Assembly (NCBI GenBank): GCA_963707635.1
Contig: OY970173.1
Coordinates: 2,080,001 to 2,144,000 of the forward strand
Origin: Candidatus Latescibacterota bacterium
GTDB lineage: Bacteria; Krumholzibacteriota; Krumholzibacteriia; WVZY01; JAKEHA01
Direction: 5' to 3'
DNA: 64,000 nt
The position numbers and the translations under genes were made by a program. Shown piece after piece: positions 59,222 through 64,000 of the stretch. The notes under the pieces were generated by a model. That model saw only the letters and a list, made by a program, of their open reading frames with translations, was not told the origin of the DNA and ran no database searches. Within the stretch, counting starts at the first letter, position 1; every line of letters begins with the position of its first letter.

Positions 59222-60053
59222 AGCTCGACGACAGGTTGGCGATCTGCCAGCCCTTGAAGACCGCGTCCAGCGGGACCGTAATGATCTTCCCCACCTGCTC
59301 CATGAAATCCGCCGCCGAATAGATGGGGTGCTGCGGCACGAACACGATGTCGTAGTTGCGCAGCCGCAAGTCGTTCTGCATCGTCGAACCGTCCATGACC
59401 GCCTGCAGGTCGACTTCGACCCCGACGATCTTGGAGACCGCCTGGCGCCGGATCAGAATCACGTGTCCCGGGAGCGCTCCCTTCCTGAATCCGCCGGCCG
59501 ACGCGATCGACTGCAGCATGGTGATGTCGTCGTCGAACTGCACCTGGCCCGGGACCTGTACTTCGCCGAGCACATACGCCCTCTGCGGGGCGGGCTTCTT
59601 CACGATTACGGCGAGACTCGGGTCGCGGAGGATTTCGCTGAAGCGAACCTCGAGCAGCGAATCGAGCTCCATGGGCGTGATGCCGGCCGCCATGTGGTCG
59701 CCCACGTACGGGAGCGAGATGCGCCCGTCGCGGCGTATCACCAGGTCCCGCGTGGTCAAGTTGCTGTGGTAGAGGAACACGATCTCGAGCAGGTCGCCGA
59801 CGCCCATCACGTACTCGGGATCCAGCAGCGGCTGGATCGTCTGGCGGGTTTCGGCGTCGAACACCGCCAGGGAATCGCTGTCGTACCAGCCCTGGGAGCG
59901 ATCCGCCCCCTTGGCACCGGACGCGCAACCCGTGGCCACCATCGGCAACGCTGCCGCCAAACCCAGCGCGCACGCGAGCGATGTGTGGGCCTGCGCCCGA
60001 CGACCCGTGAGCCGCTTGCCCCAGCTCACGCCACTAAAGAAAACGCAACTCAT
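59175..60053 (-). CDS. wza: Polysaccharide export lipoprotein (Wza/OPX)
   Basis: GAGGAG RBS before ATG 60053; lipobox ATGC; YVMGVGD, DGRISLPYVG, VLGEV and DIVFVP. Confidence 0.9.
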   Translation of the reverse strand: MSCVFFSGVSWGKRLTGRRAQAHTSLACALGLAAALPMVATGCASGAKGADRSQGWYDSDSLAVFDAETRQTIQPLLDPEYVMGVGDLLEIVFLYHSNLTTRDLVIRRDGRISLPYVGDHMAAGITPMELDSLLEVRFSEILRDPSLAVIVKKPAPQRAYVLGEVQVPGQVQFDDDITMLQSIASAGGFRKGALPGHVILIRRQAVSKIVGVEVDLQAVMDGSTMQNDLRLRNYDIVFVPQHPIYSAADFMEQVGKIITVPLDAVFKGWQIANLSSSYEYFRANNPTQINAR

Positions 60054-60102
60054 TAACTCCTCGACGATTATGAAAAGCCTGATGGGCGTTTGGATTACAA
60101 GC

Positions 60103-60117
60103 GCAAGGCGCATGCCA
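60103..60117 (-). promoter_or_regulatory. sigma54 promoter upstream of wza
   Basis: Minus strand TGGCATG-CGCC-TTGC, a canonical -24/-12 match. Confidence 0.72.
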
Positions 60118-60132
60118 CCAACAGGAGCCGCA

Positions 60133-60828
60133 TCAGTATGCTCCACGCCTTGCCATCACGGCAGGAATCGTCTTCACAAAGATGAGGAAATCGGTCCGCA
60201 AACTCCGGGTGCGCAGATACTCCATGTCCAGCCTCATCCACTCGTCGAACCCGATCTGGCTGCGGCCCGAGATCTGCCACAGGCAGGTGATCCCGGGCTT
60301 GACCTCCAGGCGGCGACGGTGACTCGGGAGATAGCGCGACACTTCCGCCGGCAGCGGCGGCCGCGGACCCACGATACTCATGTCACCCTTGAGAACATTC
60401 AACACTTGCGGGACCTCGTCCATGCTGGAGCGCCGCAGGAAACGCCCCACCGACGTCACCCGCGGGTCCAGCCGCATCTTGAATACGGGGCCGTCCTGTT
60501 CGTTGCGGCCCTCGAGCTCTTTCTGTCTGCGATCCGACTCCACGTACATCGAGCGGAACTTGTAGAACTTGAACGGCCGGCCCCCCTCGCCAATGCGGTC
60601 CTGGCGGTAGAACACCGGCCCCGAGCTGTCGAGCCGGATGATCAGCGCGATCAACGGGACGACGGGAGCGAGCAGAATGAGGATGAGAAAACCGACGATC
60701 AGGTCGAAGATTCGCTTGGCGGCCACGTACCCCGGGGGCACGCGCAACTCGACGCCGTCAAATTCCGACACTCGCGTGCCCTCAAACCCACGAGTTCCTC
60801 TGGACTCCACTTGCACGAGGTGCTCCAT
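60133..60828 (-). CDS. Second bacterial sugar transferase (phosphoglycosyltransferase)
   Basis: [38 protein letters not shown] and GAY end. Confidence 0.92.
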   Translation of the reverse strand: MEHLVQVESRGTRGFEGTRVSEFDGVELRVPPGYVAAKRIFDLIVGFLILILLAPVVPLIALIIRLDSSGPVFYRQDRIGEGGRPFKFYKFRSMYVESDRRQKELEGRNEQDGPVFKMRLDPRVTSVGRFLRRSSMDEVPQVLNVLKGDMSIVGPRPPLPAEVSRYLPSHRRRLEVKPGITCLWQISGRSQIGFDEWMRLDMEYLRTRSLRTDFLIFVKTIPAVMARRGAY

Positions 60829-60868
60829 CACGCGGCTGCGGCTCGGCTCGGCGTGGGACGTCGGGAGT

Positions 60869-60907
60869 AAAAAAATAACCGCAGGGGGAAAACCACCCAC
60901 GCGGTTA
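60869..60907 (-). terminator. Intrinsic terminator
   Basis: Minus strand TAACCGC-GTGGGTGGTTTTCCCCCT-GCGGTTA followed by T7. Confidence 0.8.
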
Positions 60908-61030
60908 CACGCCCCCGAACTGGCCTGACTAACGCTCACCCGCGCGCGCCGGGGCGCGCAGGACTGTGTCTTGAACTGACAACGAGAACCGTTAACAGAC
61001 GAGTCCGGATGAACCTCCTGAAACGCGCAT

Positions 61031-61059
61031 ATAGTATCAAGTTGTGAGCGTGCTGTCAA
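61031..61059 (-). promoter_or_regulatory. sigma70 promoter overlapping the 3' end of the Wzy-like gene
   Basis: TTGACA-N17-TACTAT on the minus strand. Confidence 0.65.
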
Positions 61060-62590
61060 GCCGCGGGTCGGCGGGCTGGAGCGCGGCCTCTGCCTCCTCC
61101 CGGATCAGGCGCGCCCCGGCCACGACCACACCGAACCACAGCCACAGCATGTACGGATAGATGTCATCGCGCTGGTGGTCGCTTCGGAGCTGGAGGACCG
61201 CGAACACCACGAACCAGACGTGGGCCAGGGCCATCAGGTCGCCGACGGGGTGGCTCTCGTTCTGCCAGACCCGCTGCGAGAGGGTCATGCGATAGATCCG
61301 AGCCATGATCCACATGAACGCGCCCAGGCCGAAGAGGCCCAGCGTCTGCAGATAGAACAGGTAGGCGTTGTGAGGCCAGAACTGGAACGCCAACCCCTCT
61401 ACCACGTCAAAGTACGGGCCGTGGCCAAAGAACGGGTGCTCCATGCTCTTGGCGATCGACGGGGCCCACGTCATCGTGCGCGTCTCCGGAACCATTCCCA
61501 CCATCTCGGTATGCAACAACCGGTCGAGTGGCGAAGTAGCCACCGTGTAGCGATCGAGGAGATAGGCCACCGATACCACCAGCAGTACGAAGGCGAGCAC
61601 CGCCGCGGACAGCTGTCGAAACGGCAATTTCCGGCGGAACAGAAACGTGGTGTATACGATCGCGATGGTGAGACCGATCAGACCGCCGCGGTTACCCGTC
61701 GAGAGAACGCCCACCAGTGTGGCCGCGGTCGCCAGTGCCCAGAAGGTCTTCTCCAGGGGGTTGCGCGCTTTCCACGCGAAGTACCCCAGCAGGCAGAACA
61801 CGTAGCTGCCGAAGTCGGCCACGTTCGCATCGCTGGCGAGGGCTCCGCCCACGCGGATCTTGTGCACTCGAGCCGCGAGCCGGCCACCCTCTTCCAGCCC
61901 TCGGCCCAGGTCGATCCAGCCGGGAATGATCACGGTGCCCGGCGCCACCAGTTCCACGATCGCCGTCAACATGACCAGCGTGATGCCGAAGGCCATCAGC
62001 TTCAGCAGACGGGTCAGCTTCTCCGGCGTGTCCACGAACGTGACGATCATGTAGAAGAACGCGAAGCACGCCAGTTGCCGCCACAGCACCTTAAGACCCA
62101 TGATCAAGAGGTGGTTGGTATCCACATTCATGAACGAGAGCACATAGGCGAGCGCGAAGAGCGCGATCGGGGCGTCGAGCGTCGTGCGGCGAAACAGACG
62201 CGCCTTGGTGGAGGCCGCGCGCACCGCCCAGATCATCGGGATCACCGTCATCAGGACGCTGTTGCTGCTCGCGATCGAAATGCCGCTCGGAAAGATGAAC
62301 AGCACGGCAAAGAGATAGACCGCGTAGACCATCTCGAAGCGAAACATGAATGCCATGAGCCCGAGAAACAGCGCGGCCTTGATGGCGCGGTGCTGGGGCT
62401 TGACGGCCTGCTCAGCGGAAAACAGCGCGCCGATGGCGACCAGGGTGGCGACAGGTATGATCCGCACCGCAAGGTCGAGGCCGCGCGCGAACCACGCGGT
62501 CCCGCGGCGCTGAGTCTTTTCAACCGTCGTATTCACGGCAAATTTCCTGATGCCGGACCCTCCGGCGGAGGCGGGCACGGTCCCGCGCAC
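61037..62590 (-). CDS. O-antigen ligase / Wzy polymerase family protein
   Basis: Multi-TM; STGNRGG, R..TW, HPFFGHG and WPHNAYL. Start could be 62536. Confidence 0.85.
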   Translation of the reverse strand: MRGTVPASAGGSGIRKFAVNTTVEKTQRRGTAWFARGLDLAVRIIPVATLVAIGALFSAEQAVKPQHRAIKAALFLGLMAFMFRFEMVYAVYLFAVLFIFPSGISIASSNSVLMTVIPMIWAVRAASTKARLFRRTTLDAPIALFALAYVLSFMNVDTNHLLIMGLKVLWRQLACFAFFYMIVTFVDTPEKLTRLLKLMAFGITLVMLTAIVELVAPGTVIIPGWIDLGRGLEEGGRLAARVHKIRVGGALASDANVADFGSYVFCLLGYFAWKARNPLEKTFWALATAATLVGVLSTGNRGGLIGLTIAIVYTTFLFRRKLPFRQLSAAVLAFVLLVVSVAYLLDRYTVATSPLDRLLHTEMVGMVPETRTMTWAPSIAKSMEHPFFGHGPYFDVVEGLAFQFWPHNAYLFYLQTLGLFGLGAFMWIMARIYRMTLSQRVWQNESHPVGDLMALAHVWFVVFAVLQLRSDHQRDDIYPYMLWLWFGVVVAGARLIREEAEAALQPADPRLDSTLTT

Positions 62591-62612
62591 GGGTGGAGCA
62601 AAGGACGTTCCG

Positions 62613-63566
62613 CTACCGTCCGTCTTGCAGGAGAAGATACAGAAGGGGCAGCAGAATCTCGTGGTGCCCGGTGATCATGTGGCTCTCGCCGGCGCCCCGG
62701 AACGGGCGCGACAGCACGTTCTCGCGCACCCGGTACTGCGGCAACATGTCGAAGCAGGCGGTGAACACCCCGCCCGGCGTCGCCCCCAGATTATAGGCCA
62801 CCGAGACGGCCTTCAAGAACACCTCGGGCAGCACCACCGCGGAGCCGGCCAGGATCACGACCCCGGCGTCGAACACGCGGCCCACCCGGTGGGCCAGGAT
62901 GCGAAAGTCGCGCATGGATAGTTCCGCGGCGTCGGCGGCCGGGAATCCCGGGTGCGGGTGGGTGATATCCGTGCCGAGCGCCACGTGGACCGTGGCCGGG
63001 ATGCCCCGGGCGTGAGCCCCCGCGAACACGCTGGTGCGACGGTGGGGCGCACCCTCCGCCGCGATGTAGGCACCCATCCCCTGCCCCAACCCCATCGCGT
63101 GAGCGGCCGCGAATCGAATCGCGGCGTTGAAGCGCTGCGACGTCTCCGCCGACATGCCGAAACGTCCCCGGGGCAGCTCGGCCGCCACGTCTTCCGAGGT
63201 GTGTCCGAAAAAGGCGAGCTCCAGATCGTGAATCGTCGACGACCCGGTGGTGGCCAGACAGGTGACGAACCCGTCGTCGACCAGCGCGTTCATGTAGCCG
63301 CCGAGCCCGCACTTGATGACGTGCGCGCCCATCAGCCACACGATCTCGCGCCCTTCGGCGCGCGCCCGCCGCAACGCCTCCGCCGTGCGCTGGAGCGAGT
63401 CGGCCGCCAGAATGCGCGGGAACGCCCGCGCCAGTTCGGTGGCGGAAACCGTCACCGGCGCGGCGCGCGGGTCCACGATGTCACCGACGTGCACCTTCGA
63501 GGCGCGCCCTTCGATCGGGGTCGCGCGGATCCGGGAAAGGTCGGCTTCTTCGAAGCGCTCGCTCAT
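62613..63566 (-). CDS. Conserved hypothetical protein (possibly deoxyhypusine-synthase-like fold)
   Basis: MGAHVIKCG, IHDLE, TSEDV, GSAVVLPEVFLKA and GHHEI. Fold assignment from memory, not searched. Confidence 0.6.
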   Translation of the reverse strand: MSERFEEADLSRIRATPIEGRASKVHVGDIVDPRAAPVTVSATELARAFPRILAADSLQRTAEALRRARAEGREIVWLMGAHVIKCGLGGYMNALVDDGFVTCLATTGSSTIHDLELAFFGHTSEDVAAELPRGRFGMSAETSQRFNAAIRFAAAHAMGLGQGMGAYIAAEGAPHRRTSVFAGAHARGIPATVHVALGTDITHPHPGFPAADAAELSMRDFRILAHRVGRVFDAGVVILAGSAVVLPEVFLKAVSVAYNLGATPGGVFTACFDMLPQYRVRENVLSRPFRGAGESHMITGHHEILLPLLYLLLQDGR

Positions 63567-63588
63567 GGCTCCACGTCTCCCGCGCGCG

Positions 63589-64000
63589 TCACTTCTTGCC
63601 CACCTGATAGCTCTTCAGCACCGCGGCCACGTGCCCGATGATAACCTTGCTCTTCATCAGCACCGGCATTCGCCTGCGGTCGTCCGTCACCCACACCATG
63701 AGCCGCCCCTTCTGGGTAAACACCCCCGGGCCGCGCAGAATCGGCTCCACCACCAGGCAATCGAACTCCCCCGCTTCCACCTTCACCCGTTCCCGCCCGT
63801 GCACTTTCACGATCAGCGGGTAGTTCTTGCCGTCGGTGTGGTTCGCGAACGCAATCGACATTCCGACCTCGAGGGGCAGGGTGCGGACATAGTACAGCGC
63901 CGAGAGGACGTCCTGGCTCCGGGGCGCAATCGGAACCACCTTGTCCTTGTACGTCGCCCGGTGGTTGACCTGGTCGAAATCGACCGCCTGGTCGCGCTTG
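63589..64000 (-). CDS. DUF3108-like protein, 3' part
   Basis: QDVLSALYYVR, GRERVKVEAGEFDC and VWVTDDRRRMPV; open to the window end. Confidence 0.75.
   Translation of the reverse strand, partial: KRDQAVDFDQVNHRATYKDKVVPIAPRSQDVLSALYYVRTLPLEVGMSIAFANHTDGKNYPLIVKVHGRERVKVEAGEFDCLVVEPILRGPGVFTQKGRLMVWVTDDRRRMPVLMKSKVIIGHVAAVLKSYQVGKK

Noticed and set aside
60095..60280. 61-aa minus ORF suggesting a frameshift in the sugar transferase
   Set aside because: The main frame ends normally with the family-typical GAY-stop at 60133.
60832..60852. Short GCCGA/GCCGC pentamer-like repeats before the sugar transferase
   Set aside because: Too short and imperfect in GC-rich sequence to support phase variation.

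Overview
High-GC chromosomal window from an uncultured-type bacterium. A secreted protein with a PNPFNP/FlgD-Ig C-terminal domain suggests the FCB superphylum (e.g. Krumholzibacteriota/Latescibacterota-like); this is inference. Left to right: the 5' part of dnaK; a candidate promoter-bounded structured ncRNA; a CCA-adding enzyme; a 10-kb sulfate-activation operon (RHH protein, sat, cysC, four alkaline-phosphatase/NPP-superfamily proteins, a second RHH protein, a DUF106/EMC3-like membrane protein); tRNA-Leu(TAA); exported peptidase and amidohydrolase; a Ser/Thr kinase and PP2C phosphatase; a GT-C/GT2/flippase cassette; an aerobic 2-aminobenzoyl-CoA (abm-like) catabolic cluster; tRNA-Cys and tRNA-Gly; and a ~23-kb Wzx/Wzy polysaccharide locus. 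The most promising undescribed system is the sat/cysC operon. It makes PAPS, yet the window has no PAPS reductase or classical sulfotransferase. Instead it has cytoplasmic, membrane-anchored and exported AlkP-fold enzymes, three proteins sharing a C-terminal L-x-x-L-G-Y tag, and one protein predicted to expose an N-terminal Tyr after signal cleavage. This suggests a possible trans-envelope sulfo-relay (hypothesis). I saw no CRISPR array, integrase or transposase. Two genes carry single frameshifts that may be sequencing errors.
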